Part shown: positions 28,668 to 38,922 of the stretch, piece after piece
Position numbering within the stretch: position 1 is the first letter of the stretch
How the letters are laid out: each line of letters starts with the position of its first letter
Source of the DNA: Dehalococcoidia bacterium
GTDB lineage: Bacteria > Chloroflexota > Dehalococcoidia > Lucifugimonadales > UBA3495
Length of the DNA stretch: 64,000 bases
Assembly (NCBI GenBank): GCA_963422635.1
Contig: OY730415.1
Span: forward strand, 1,073,231-1,137,230
Reading direction: 5' to 3'
Notes under the pieces: generated by a model
What the model was told of the DNA's origin: nothing
Database searches by the model: none
What the model saw: the letters and a program-made list of their open reading frames with translations, nothing else
Position numbers and translations under genes: made by a program

Positions 28668-30524
28668 ATGGACAACTATACCAACGAAGGTATTCGAAAC
28701 CTGGCAATCATAGCGCACGTGGACCATGGCAAGACTACCCTGGTGGACGCCTTGTTAAAACAAGGCCAAGTCTTCCGGGCCAACCAGGCGGTCGGGGAGC
28801 TGATTATGGACAGCAACCCGCTAGAACGGGAGCGCGGAATTACGATTCTCGCCAAAAATACGGCAGTGCATTATCGAGGAGTGAAGATAAACATCATTGA
28901 TACGCCGGGCCACGCCGACTTCAGCGGGGAAGTGGAACGGGTAATGAACATGGCGGATGGCTGTTTGCTGCTGGTTGACGCCGTGGATGGCCCGATGCCG
29001 CAGACTCGCTACGTACTGCAACAGGCCCTCCAACGAAACGTCACTCCGATGGTCCTAATCAACAAAATAGACCGGCCCGAATCCCGCATCCCCGAGGTGG
29101 TCGAGCTGGTGCAAGACCTCTTCCTGGAACTGGCTACCCGTCCGGAGCAACTAGACTTCCCGATACTTTACGCCTCGGCCCGCCAAGGCTACGCGACTAC
29201 CGAACCAAAACAGTCCGGCCGGGATATGCAGCCCTTGTTTGAGGCAATTCTTGAAGTTATCCCGCCACCTTCGGGAGATCCGGAAGGACCTTTACAGATG
29301 CTGGTCGCTGCGCTGGACTATGACAACTACCTGGGGCAGATAGCCATCGGCCGCTTGTTTCGGGGCAACATCCACTTCCGGGAGCCGGTAGCCTTGGTTG
29401 GTCGGGCCGAAGAACCCAGGCCGGGCAACCTGGAGAAGGTGTTCGTGTTTCGAGGACTGGAGCGGCTGGAAGCCCTGGAAGCCCAAGTAGGCGACATCGT
29501 TGCGGTGTCCGGCATTGCGGACGTGTCGATTGGCGACACCATCGCCGCGCCGGACCGCCCGGAGGCATTGCCGACTATCGAGATCGACGAACCGACGGTC
29601 AAGATGACCTTCGGCGTCAACTCCTCCCCATTTATGGGTCGGGAAGGGGCGCGCTGCACCTCCCGAATGCTGCGAGAACGGCTGTTTAGAGAACTGCGCA
29701 CCAACGTCAGCTTGCGCGTAGAGGAAACCGCCAGCGCAGATGAGTTTTTAGTGTCAGGACGAGGAGAACTGCATCTATCCATATTGGTGGAAACCATGCG
29801 GCGGGAGGAGTACGAGTTCCAGGTATCCAAACCGGAACCAGTTACCAAAGTTATTGACGGGCGGGTGTACGAACCTTACGAGCAGCTTACCATACATACC
29901 CGGGAGGAATACATCGGCGCCCTGTCGGAAACCCTGTCCAATCGTTTGGCCCAGCTTACCGATATGGATAACGACGGCGCCGGCAATGTGCGTTTGGAAT
30001 ACCTGGCGCCGACGCGCGGGCTAATCGGGTTCCGCTCTTTCTTCTTGCGAACTACCCGGGGCAATGGCGTGAACAGCAGTCGGTTCGTTGAATATCAGCC
30101 AATCCGAGGTGAGGTAAAATCGTCCTTTACCCGGGCGCTGATCGCTTCGGAAGCCGGCGTCGCCGTTACCTATGGCCTGCTTAACGCCCAAGGAAGAGGG
30201 GAAACCTTCGTCGAGGCAGGCACGTCGGTTTACGAGGGTATGATTGTGGGGATGCATCCGAAAGAGGATGACATAGTAGTTAACGTATGCAAGGAAAAAA
30301 AATTGACCAATATGCGCTCGTCAACGGCGGATGTAGCCAAACGCCTCAGCCCTCCGGTCAAGATGAGTCTGGAAGAGGCGCTGGACTTTATAGCCGACGA
30401 TGAGCTGGTTGAAGTTACTCCGCTGAACTTTCGCCTGCGCAAGAAGGAACTGTCTGCTACCGTAAGGCAGCGGCAACGGCACCGCGACCGGCGCCGGGAG
30501 ACCGCCGACCGAGCAGCCGACTAG
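28668..30524 (+). CDS. typA: translational GTPase TypA/BipA
   Basis: [28 protein letters not shown] and NKID G-motifs. Length and C-terminal domain are typical of TypA. Confidence 0.9.
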   Translation: MDNYTNEGIRNLAIIAHVDHGKTTLVDALLKQGQVFRANQAVGELIMDSNPLERERGITILAKNTAVHYRGVKINIIDTPGHADFSGEVERVMNMADGCLLLVDAVDGPMPQTRYVLQQALQRNVTPMVLINKIDRPESRIPEVVELVQDLFLELATRPEQLDFPILYASARQGYATTEPKQSGRDMQPLFEAILEVIPPPSGDPEGPLQMLVAALDYDNYLGQIAIGRLFRGNIHFREPVALVGRAEEPRPGNLEKVFVFRGLERLEALEAQVGDIVAVSGIADVSIGDTIAAPDRPEALPTIEIDEPTVKMTFGVNSSPFMGREGARCTSRMLRERLFRELRTNVSLRVEETASADEFLVSGRGELHLSILVETMRREEYEFQVSKPEPVTKVIDGRVYEPYEQLTIHTREEYIGALSETLSNRLAQLTDMDNDGAGNVRLEYLAPTRGLIGFRSFFLRTTRGNGVNSSRFVEYQPIRGEVKSSFTRALIASEAGVAVTYGLLNAQGRGETFVEAGTSVYEGMIVGMHPKEDDIVVNVCKEKKLTNMRSSTADVAKRLSPPVKMSLEEALDFIADDELVEVTPLNFRLRKKELSATVRQRQRHRDRRRETADRAAD

Positions 30525-30662
30525 CCGGAACCCGGCCGCTGCTTACCGGTCCGGTCGGTTTGGTTAAGACTGGGTAGGCAAAAAGCGGGTTTGGCCGACC
30601 ATTGTCCGGAAGCGCGCTTGGGCAGAATCGAACGGGTAGAACTCTTAAGGGAAAACAAAAAT

Positions 30663-30696
30663 AAAGGCGGGCCGGAAATACTTCCGGCCCGCCTTT
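30663..30696. terminator. bidirectional intrinsic terminator
   Basis: 15-bp perfect stem AAAGGCGGGCCGGAA / TTCCGGCCCGCCTTT with a 4-nt loop. A-run upstream and T-run downstream, between convergent typA and the VOC gene. Confidence 0.85.
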
Positions 30697-30746
30697 TCGC
30701 TGAATCCGGTATGCGGGGTAGAATAAGTAGGAGCCTTCCGGCTGGT

Positions 30747-31316
30747 TTAGTCGCCCATATTGCGGACGGTGCCCCGGTGGTAGCGGTCAACGGTAGTATC
30801 CGGGTCCCAGTCGGCGGGAACTTCGGTCGCCCAGGGCGGCACCGGGTCGTCAAAGGTGAATACGAAATCCCGGTCGCCCCGGCCCCGCTTGAACAGCTCC
30901 TTGGAGGTGGGGAACTCGTAATAAATCTCCAGCCGGTTGCCTTCGGAGTCGGCAAAATACATACTGCGCTGGTTAGCGTGTTCCACCAGCCGGTCAACGG
31001 TTACGCCGTTGTTGGACAGATGGTCGTAAGCGTTCTTCATATCGTCGTGGGTATCCACCTTGATGGCGATATGGGCCACGCCCACTTGGTTCTGCTCCGG
31101 GGCGGCGGCGGCGCTGGTCGGGTCTTCTACCGGCACCAAGTCCATAACATGCCCCTCGTCCACATCATCCCGGCCCAAGCTCATAAATACGCCGCCATGT
31201 TCCGGGTCTTCTTCCTCAATGACAAAGCCCATAACTTCAGTATAAAACTTCTTGGCCCGCTCAATGTCCCGAACGCGGACGGCGGCGTGGCCGATGCGAG
31301 AGAGTTTGATTGCCAT
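30747..31316 (-). CDS. VOC (glyoxalase/extradiol dioxygenase-like) family protein
   Basis: RIGHAAVRVRDIERAKKFYTEVMGF... is a typical VOC N-terminal beta-alpha-beta module, followed by a second module. Confidence 0.75.
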   Translation of the reverse strand: MAIKLSRIGHAAVRVRDIERAKKFYTEVMGFVIEEEDPEHGGVFMSLGRDDVDEGHVMDLVPVEDPTSAAAAPEQNQVGVAHIAIKVDTHDDMKNAYDHLSNNGVTVDRLVEHANQRSMYFADSEGNRLEIYYEFPTSKELFKRGRGDRDFVFTFDDPVPPWATEVPADWDPDTTVDRYHRGTVRNMGD

Positions 31317-31489
31317 AAGAGCATCCTCCGATTTCTAGCAATAGCCCAAAAGGGTAAGTTAACTTTATCCCGAATGTTCGCCCTAGTCAACACAAGGGGA
31401 ATCAATCGACGTCCCATTGAGCCAACCGGCCCAATTGTGGTAAATTACTCCCAGTCCCAACTGTTGCCAAGTTAAAATGGGGAGGGAAA

Positions 31490-33817
31490 ATGCTCGACTA
31501 CAAACCAAACTTGGTGCTATCTACCCAGGAATATGACGTAGTGGGAACCAGGCCCATCCGCCACGATGGCCCGGACAAGGTTATGGGGCGGGCGCGCTAT
31601 GCCGCCGACATTCACTTGACCGGGATGCTGCACGGCAAAATCCTGCGTAGCCCCCATTCCCACGCCCGCATCCGAAGTATCGACGCCCGCCAGGCCCTGG
31701 CTCTACCCGGCGTGGTGGCGGTGGTTACTGCCGCCGACTTTCCGGAGGTTTCCGCCGAAGCCTCGGACTTGTCCGAGGGCGCCAATGTCAACTACGGCTT
31801 TTACAGCCGCAACGTTATGGCCCGGGAAAAGGCGCTTTACAAAGGCCATGCCGTGGCCGCCGTCGCCGCCACCAGTCCCCACTTGGCCGAGGAAGCTCTA
31901 GCTCTGATTGACGTGAACTATGAGTCGTTGCCCCCGGTATTAAACGCCGAAGATGCCCTGGCTGAAAATGCGCCCCTGCTTCACGAGCGGCTGGTTACCT
32001 TCGATTCTCCGGGAATGCGTCCTGGCGGCTGGGGCGACCAATCCGCCCCGGTTTCCAACCTGGCTAACCGCTTCGAGTTTCGCCTCGGCGATCTGGAACC
32101 GGGCTTTGCCGAAGCTGACGTGGTGGTGGAGCGAGAGTTTCATACCCGCCCGGTGCACCAAGGCTACATTGAACCCCATTCCGCCACCGCCCAGTGGAAT
32201 ACCGACGACTCGGTAACCATCTGGGCCAGCAGCCAGGGCCACTTCGCCCTGCGCGACCATACCTCCACCATTATGGGCTTGCCCGTTTCCAAAGTTAAAA
32301 TTATCCCGATGGAAATCGGCGGCGGCTTTGGCGGCAAGGGTATGGGCGGCTGCTATCTGGAGCCGGTGGTGGCTGCGCTTTCCCGAAAAAGCGGCCAGCC
32401 GGTCAAAATTGCGATGTCTCGCAACGAGGTCTTCCTGGGCACCGGCCCGGCGCCGGCAACCCACATGAAGGTAAAAGTCGGAGCTACCAACGACGGCCGG
32501 ATTACCGCCGCCGAAGCTCACCTGACTTACGAAGCCGGCGCCTTCCCCGGCTCGCCGGTAGCCTCCGCCTGCCGCACCATGTTCGCCCCCTACGACATCC
32601 CCAACGGCTGGGTTGAAGGGCTGGACGTGGTGGTCAACACCCAAAAGTCGGCGGCCTACCGGGCGCCCGGTTCCCCCACCGCCGCCTTTGCCGCCGAGTC
32701 GGTATTGGACGAGGTATGCGAGAAAATCGGGATGGACCCGGTGGAATTTCGCCGGCTCAACGCCGCCAAAGAAGGCGACCGGCAGATAACCGGCCCCACC
32801 TTCCGCAAAATCGGGATGCTGGAACTGTGCCAGGCGGCCCAACAACACCCCCACCTGGCCGCGCCTCTGGCGGGCAAAAACCGGGGCCGGGGCGTCGCCG
32901 CCGGCTGCTGGATGAACGGCACCGGCCCGGCCAGCGCCGTCGCCAGCGTCAACCCGGACGGCACCGTCAGCCTGGTGGAAGGCTCGCCGGACATCGGCGG
33001 CAGCCGAGCCGCCATGGCAATGCACATCGCTGAAGTCTTGGGCATTGCCGCCGAGGACGTGAAGCCTTCCATCGCCGACACCGATTCCATCGGCTACAGC
33101 TCCGGCGCCGGCGGCAGCGGCGTTACCTTCAAGATGGGTACGGCGGTCTATCAGGCGGCGGAGGACATCAAGCGCCAGATGGTCGAGCGCGCCGCCAAAA
33201 TCTGGGATGTGGCCGTTGCGGACGTGGAATATAACAAGGGAAAGCTCAGCCACAAGTCCGACTCGGAGTTGAGCATGACCTTTAACCAACTGGCGCGGCG
33301 GCTCAACGGCAGCGGCGGCCCCATCGTAGGGCGGGCTACGGCCAACCCGCCGGGCGTAGGCAACGCCTTTGGCCTGCACATCGTGGATGTGGAAGTTGAC
33401 CGGGACACCGGCAAGGTGGACGTGCTGCGCTATACCGCCTTGCAGGATGCGGGCAAAGCCATCCACCCCAGCTACGTGGAAGGGCAGATTCAGGGTGGCG
33501 CCGTTCAGGGCATCGGCTGGGCGCTCAACGAGGAGTATTACGTGGACGGCGAAGGGTTAATGGTCAACTCCAGCTTCCTCGACTACCGGATGCCCACCAG
33601 CCTGGACTTGCCGATGATTGACACGGTGATTGTGGAGGTTGCCAACCCCGGCCATCCGTTGGGCGTCCGGGGCGTGGGTGAGGTATCCCTGGTGCCGCCC
33701 ATGGCCGCTGTCGCCAACGCCATCTACGACGCCGTAGGTCTGCGGCTGAGCGACCTCCCCATGAACTCGGCCAATATCCTGGAAGCCAAGTGGCGGCAGG
33801 AAAGCGGAGTAGAGTAG
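31490..33817 (+). CDS. xanthine dehydrogenase/aldehyde oxidase-family molybdopterin-binding subunit
   Basis: 775 aa. N-terminal a/b-hammerhead region (GKILRSPHSHARI), GGGFGGKG and C-terminal MoCo-binding regions. No adjacent FeS or FAD subunit genes. Confidence 0.85.
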   Translation: MLDYKPNLVLSTQEYDVVGTRPIRHDGPDKVMGRARYAADIHLTGMLHGKILRSPHSHARIRSIDARQALALPGVVAVVTAADFPEVSAEASDLSEGANVNYGFYSRNVMAREKALYKGHAVAAVAATSPHLAEEALALIDVNYESLPPVLNAEDALAENAPLLHERLVTFDSPGMRPGGWGDQSAPVSNLANRFEFRLGDLEPGFAEADVVVEREFHTRPVHQGYIEPHSATAQWNTDDSVTIWASSQGHFALRDHTSTIMGLPVSKVKIIPMEIGGGFGGKGMGGCYLEPVVAALSRKSGQPVKIAMSRNEVFLGTGPAPATHMKVKVGATNDGRITAAEAHLTYEAGAFPGSPVASACRTMFAPYDIPNGWVEGLDVVVNTQKSAAYRAPGSPTAAFAAESVLDEVCEKIGMDPVEFRRLNAAKEGDRQITGPTFRKIGMLELCQAAQQHPHLAAPLAGKNRGRGVAAGCWMNGTGPASAVASVNPDGTVSLVEGSPDIGGSRAAMAMHIAEVLGIAAEDVKPSIADTDSIGYSSGAGGSGVTFKMGTAVYQAAEDIKRQMVERAAKIWDVAVADVEYNKGKLSHKSDSELSMTFNQLARRLNGSGGPIVGRATANPPGVGNAFGLHIVDVEVDRDTGKVDVLRYTALQDAGKAIHPSYVEGQIQGGAVQGIGWALNEEYYVDGEGLMVNSSFLDYRMPTSLDLPMIDTVIVEVANPGHPLGVRGVGEVSLVPPMAAVANAIYDAVGLRLSDLPMNSANILEAKWRQESGVE

Positions 33818-33946
33818 GCTAGAGTTCCCTGGGCCGCCAGTCCCAACCACTTCAACCATCGGAAACCGTTACGACCTTCGGGGCGAGTTTGCTGATCCCA
33901 AACTTGCCCCAGTCTTTGGCGGTTAGCGCCGACGAAAAGGACGCAC

Positions 33947-35411
33947 CTAAAGTCTGCCGATGAAATCCCGGTATTCCCGGTTGCCGAAATTTACCCGAAC
34001 CCATTCGGCCCATTTCGCCGCTTTGCTCTGGGTCAACTTGGCTCTCGCCTCATCTTTCATCCACTTGACGCCGGCCTTCTTATTTTCCGCCATCAGACCA
34101 ATCAAGGTGAAGTGATTTCGTTTCCTCCCGTTGCAAGGACGGCAGAGCAAGATGCGGTTGAGGATATGGTTGGCGCCCCGGCCAGACTTGGGGGTGATAT
34201 GGTCTAACTCCATAAACTCCCGCTCCAACTCCCGCCCGCAGCCGGCGCAGACTACCCCATCCGTCGCAGCTTGAGCGGCGGACAGGATGCGGGTTATATC
34301 AGCTCGGGACAGTTTCTCCCACGGTTCCGGCTCCCGCTGCGCCTTCAACTTCAAATCGGGAACTGGGGAAGTTTCAGCGTAATCAGTGCGCTCCGGCGGG
34401 TCAGTCAGCTTGACCACTTCCGGCGGGATCTCGGTTAACAACTGGCGACTATCGTTGAGCCGCTGCGCCACCAGGTCATAAGCGCCCTCCCAAACGTCGA
34501 TGCCAATCCACCGGCGGCCCAGCCGTTCCGCCGCCACCGGGGTAGTGGCGCAGCCGCAGAAGGGGTCAAGAACCATATCACCAGGGTTGCTGCTGGCCTG
34601 GATGATGCGCTCGTACAGGGCCAGCGGTTTTTGGGTGGGGTAGCCGGTACGTTCAATGTCCGTGGAGCCTATGTAAGAGATGTCCCATACATCTCTCATA
34701 TTGACCAAGTTGTAAACCCCTTCTTTGTCTTCAAAGAATTCTGCATTGCCACTGCCATAGTTGATTATGCCAGGTCTGCGGCTTTTTGACTTGGTGTACG
34801 CTTTCTCTTTCTGGAGGTTGAAGGCGTAGTGACTGTTCAATGAGTAAAACAGTATCGTATCGTGCTTTCGGGAGAAGTTACTCCTGCTTGCGCCGCCAGT
34901 CTTGTATGACCACACAACCTCATTCCGGAAGTTCTTGCGGCCAAAAATCCCGTCCAGCAGACACTTAACGTAGGCATGGGCGGTATGGTCGATGTGGAGA
35001 TAAAGGCTGCCAGTGTCCTTCAGTACTCGGTGGCACTCCAGTAGGCGGACGCCCAACCAGCAGAGGAAGGCGGCCATATCCTCGCCGGAAGCCGCCCGGG
35101 CGGCTTCGATTACCGCCCAAACTGGGGGCCAATCGTCCTGGATGGCGTCCACCCATTCCTGGTGCACATCCCGATCCCAACGCCAGCGGTCTTCGAACCG
35201 GGCGCCCTTTGCCAGGCTGTTGGGGGTGGCGTGAAAATCCCTGCTCTTGTTAAAGGGAGGGTCGGTGGCGATGAGGTCAATGGTGGCGGAGTTTATACCC
35301 CTTAAAACGGCGAGGTTGTCGCAATGGTATAAAGTTCGGTTGGCCGGTTGGCCCGGCTTTCCGGCTTTCCGCTTTCCGCTTTCCGCTTTCCGCTACGTAA
35401 TCATTCAACAT
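33947..35411 (-). CDS. N4/N6 DNA methyltransferase fused to a C-terminal HNH nuclease domain; ATG (35411) currently out of frame with the body
   Basis: The body frame (open from 35392) encodes ...IDLIATDPPFN (motif IV), DPFCGCATT (motif I) and CAGCG...DHITPK...N...LLCRPCNGRK (HNH). It has no ATG/GTG/TTG upstream of DPPF. The only ATG with an RBS-like AGG..GGA lies in the frame reached by removing one 7-nt repeat unit. Confidence 0.8.
35357..35392 (-). repeat. heptanucleotide simple-sequence repeat (coding strand CGGAAAG x4 plus one CCGGAAAG)
   Basis: Plus strand CTTTCCGG CTTTCCG x4. Lies between the ATG and the DPPF motif of the methyltransferase. Confidence 0.95.
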
Positions 35412-35683
35412 ATCAAATTTCCTGACCTATTTCAACTAACCCGGCTCGGCCGGCGCATTGTCGGGTTAGTCGAATGGCAGTTGCGTAAATCTGCCGCCGA
35501 GTTAGTTTACTGAGGAACGGAAACCGGGTCAATCGCCTTCCGTCATTCTCCTTCCGCTCTTTCCGTCATCATCTTTGAGGCAGCAATGACGGAGAAGCTG
35601 GGCATAACGCCGCGGGCCTACAACCCCGGCCCTGACATATCAGGAGAAGTGGAGTATAATGAACCGCAAGCGAGCAAAGGGAT

Positions 35684-36583
35684 ATGACCTCCATTAACGA
35701 CATTACCGATTTTGTGCGGATTATCCGCGAACAGCCCGAATGGGCGGATACGATTCGCGGCATACTACTGGGACAGGAACTCCTGTCCTTGCCTGGCCGG
35801 TTCGCCGCTTTTGTTGAACTGACCGAGCAAAACTTCCGGTTAATTCACGAACGGCTGGGCCGACTGGAAGAAGATGTGGCGGCCCTCAAGGAAGATGTAT
35901 CCGGCCTCAAAGAAGATGTGGCGGCCCTCAAGGAAGATGTATCCGGCCTCAAAGAAGATGTGGCGGCCCTCAAGGAAGATGTATCCGGCCTCAAAGAAGA
36001 TGTGGCGGCCCTCAAAGAAGATGTATCCGGCCTCAAAGAAGATGTGGCGGCCCTCAAGGAAGATGTATCTGGCCTCAAAGCTGGTTTCAGCCGGCTCGAA
36101 AACAAACTCGATACCAGCGTGAACCAAATCAACGGAAGACTGGACAATGCATTCGGTATGAACTACGAAGCCAAAGTAGAGAAGAACATTCGTAGCCTCG
36201 CCGGGCAGCAAATCAAACTGCGCCGCGTTCAAATTCAAAAGGGAAGAGCTTTCACTGACCTGAACGCCGATATGGAAGAGCAGCTGAACTTGGCAGAAGA
36301 GAGCGGACGCATCTCCCCCGAGGAATATAACGATATTCTCTTGCTGGACCTGATTATTACCGGCAGACGGCGGGGTGAAGACTCGGCCAGGTGGGTCGGG
36401 GCTGAAATATCTATCACCATTGGCGATAACGACATCAACCGGGCCGTCCGACGCTCCCGGCTGCTGGCCGTGGGCCTCGACCAGTCGGTGATACCCGCCG
36501 TAATCGGTTCTCATATTGACGAAACCCGGAGCGCGCTGGCCGAAGCCAACGACGTTGTCGTAATGCTCCTCCCCGACGAATAA
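35684..36583 (+). CDS. coiled-coil repeat protein with a C-terminal domain of unknown function (possible PD-(D/E)xK-like core)
   Basis: 299-aa ORF with five EDVAALKEDVSGLK repeats. The C-terminal LLLDLIITG...GAEISITIGDNDINRAVRRS pattern is tentatively nuclease-like. Confidence 0.7.
   Translation: MTSINDITDFVRIIREQPEWADTIRGILLGQELLSLPGRFAAFVELTEQNFRLIHERLGRLEEDVAALKEDVSGLKEDVAALKEDVSGLKEDVAALKEDVSGLKEDVAALKEDVSGLKEDVAALKEDVSGLKAGFSRLENKLDTSVNQINGRLDNAFGMNYEAKVEKNIRSLAGQQIKLRRVQIQKGRAFTDLNADMEEQLNLAEESGRISPEEYNDILLLDLIITGRRRGEDSARWVGAEISITIGDNDINRAVRRSRLLAVGLDQSVIPAVIGSHIDETRSALAEANDVVVMLLPDE
35870..36079 (+). repeat. 42-bp in-frame tandem repeat x5 (14 aa, two heptads per unit)
   Basis: Three units are identical and two differ by one synonymous base each. 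Confidence 0.95.
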
Positions 36584-36735
36584 AGAAGCGAGTTCCGTTT
36601 GCTGGCGGCGCCTTGTCCGGTTTGAGAAAAGAATTGGGCGTTTCGCTCCCTTCGTTAAAGCGGTCAACGGCCGCAATCTCTCGACGAATGCTTGCCTTCA
36701 ATGCTTTTCCGCACGTCGGATACCCGGCGCTTTTC

Positions 36736-37659
36736 CTAAATTACCGGCAACCCCGGCTGCAGCCCGTCCCTTACCCGCCCGTATTGCTTGGCCAATGCGT
36801 CCCAGGCGATGCCAACGTGGTGGGATGTGGCGTGGGCCTCCCGGTGAAAACGCTGCATTACATTGGAGTCAAAGAGGCCGTGCCCGCCGCTGGCCGCAAA
36901 CAGCCGGTCTATAGCTCTTACGCCCAGCCGGGCCACGTAGCCTGGGCTCGCCGATAGCGCTCCCGGTTATCAATTGAAGGCAGCTCGCTTCGCCGGGCGC
37001 GGGCCATAATTTCCTGGCAGATCCTGGCGCAGTATGGAGCGGGCCGCCCAGACCTCCGCCGCTGCCTCCCCTAATTGCAAGGGATAGCTGGTAACTTCAG
37101 AGATGTCCTTGCTGACGGCGCCCTTCAAACCGGAAACAAACCAGGTATCCACGATGTTATAGTCCCGCCGCGGCGGCACGGCATCCGCAACCCATCCGGT
37201 CCCTGATCGATTAACAGTACCCAGGCGGCTGCCTCAGAACCGCTGGCCCCCCCAGGGACCAGATGGTCGATAGCCCCCGGGAGCGGCTGCGGCCCGGCCC
37301 CGAGCCGGGTTGAAAGAGGTGGAAGACCGGGTATCGGGAGTATCGGCCCAATACTCATCCTGCGCCGCTTTCGGGAACCGGCCCATCAGCCAGTCATGGC
37401 GGGCCCAGATGCGGTAGCGCCAAGCCGTCGAACCGCAGCCCCGACCCAATTCGGCGGAGATGTCAAAAACCGCGTCAGAGTCCAGGTCCAACCCGCCATA
37501 GCGTTCTGGCGGGGCAACGTGGATAATCCCCGCCTCCCGCCGGGCCGCAACGTTCTCGGCCAAGGGTTGACGCCGCTCTTCAGGCGCCGGCCCCCCGGCC
37601 GGCGCCATACCGGAGGCGCGTTCTGCCAAATCCTCCCGTGTCGTCATTCCCCGTTCCAC
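36736..37659 (-). pseudogene. acyl-CoA dehydrogenase-type flavin monooxygenase relic
   Basis: N-terminal, middle (DYNIVDTWFVSGLKG) and C-terminal (RLFAASGGHGLFDSNVMQRFHREAHATSHH) pieces are all in one frame. They are separated by in-frame TGA (37231-37233) and TGA-TAA (about 36964-36969). Total length is too short for the family. Confidence 0.6.
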
Positions 37660-37740
37660 CTCAAAGCCAGGTTGAATTCCCCAGAGTCCGGGGGCTCCGG
37701 GTCCCGGCCGGGCACTGCCAGGTAGGGCGGTTAGCCAGGG

Positions 37741-38859
37741 CTACTGCCCGGCATACAGCCGGTTGAAGTTGGCGTAACGGGTCGGGTCTAAATCCCGACC
37801 TTGTAAGGCGGGATATTCCGGCCCGTACCGATGGGCGCGAAATACCGAGTTGGCCCGCTCTCCGCCCCGGGGAGCGCCAACGAATATGGGATTGATGTAT
37901 TCCCAGACGATTTCCCGACTGGGCGTTACCTCGAAGATACGGCCGGGAGCGCCTTCGCAGATAAGAGTATTGCCGTTGGGTAGTCGCTCGGCCCCGCTGA
38001 TGTGGAAGCTGTAGAAAGAAATGGGCGGGTCGCCCCGGTATTCCCAGATGATCTCGCTGCTGGCGGGGTTCACTTCCAGCGCCCGGGAGTAGGTAGGGCC
38101 GGGCCGGTGGCAGCCGTTATCGAACAGTAGAATATTGCCGTTATCTAACATATAGGGATAGTGCTGGTGGGATATTTCCCCCGGCCCCCACTTCCACTTG
38201 AAACAGCCACTGGCCCGGTCAACGATGCCCACCGTGTCGGTGCGCCGGAAACTGACTATCAAGTCGCCGTCCGGGGTGGTGCGCAAGGAGTTCTGGTGCG
38301 TCCACTCCTCCCGGTTCTCCAGATGGCAGATGACATCCTCCGCCGGATTCAGGTGTTCCCAAGAACGCCAGGAATAAACCGTTTCGCCCGCCGGGGTGAT
38401 TTCTTCTACCAGGTCGCCCAGCATCTCTTCCGGCCCTTCGCCAAGGGCAGTTCCGCCCCGAACCTGGGCCGCCAGTTCCTCGGCCAGCGGCTCAAAGAGC
38501 AGCGCCAGGGTATTTCCGTTGGGCAGCCGCTCAAAGTCGTGGTGCAGCATCGGGTTTTCGTAACGCCACACCTCAACCCCGTCCCAGTCCAGTTCGATTA
38601 AAGCGCCAGCCCGCGGCCCGGTGTCGCTGCGGCGTCCACCGGCTCGAGCGGCAACGGTGCGCAACAACAGGTTTCCGCAAGGCAGCAGGCGGCCGTAGCC
38701 CAACCGCTCCGGGGAGCGCCACTGGTGACAGACCCGACCCTCCATATCAATCAGGTTGACATAGTGGCCGCCGTTGGTGGTCAACAAGGTATAACCCCGG
38801 TAGCAGCCTTGGGGCGCATAGTGGATTAGCCCGTTCCGGTGGTGGTTTGACCAGCCCAT
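37741..38859 (-). CDS. arylsulfotransferase (ASST)-like beta-propeller protein
   Basis: 372 aa. The repeated ...NG...L..D..G.vvW.y pattern resembles the ASST family. No signal peptide. Assignment is tentative. Confidence 0.5.
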   Translation of the reverse strand: MGWSNHHRNGLIHYAPQGCYRGYTLLTTNGGHYVNLIDMEGRVCHQWRSPERLGYGRLLPCGNLLLRTVAARAGGRRSDTGPRAGALIELDWDGVEVWRYENPMLHHDFERLPNGNTLALLFEPLAEELAAQVRGGTALGEGPEEMLGDLVEEITPAGETVYSWRSWEHLNPAEDVICHLENREEWTHQNSLRTTPDGDLIVSFRRTDTVGIVDRASGCFKWKWGPGEISHQHYPYMLDNGNILLFDNGCHRPGPTYSRALEVNPASSEIIWEYRGDPPISFYSFHISGAERLPNGNTLICEGAPGRIFEVTPSREIVWEYINPIFVGAPRGGERANSVFRAHRYGPEYPALQGRDLDPTRYANFNRLYAGQ

Positions 38860-38922
38860 GAGCCCTCCCTCTACCCTTATTTTCCGGCGGCAATGCGCAG
38901 TTCAGCTTGCCGGGCGCCCCGC

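Noticed and set aside
31940-33466. 508-aa minus-strand ORF
   Set aside because: It is antisense shadow of the molybdopterin subunit gene.
35840-36676. 278-aa minus-strand ORF across the 42-bp repeats
   Set aside because: It is antisense to the coiled-coil gene, and the repeats simply keep several frames open.
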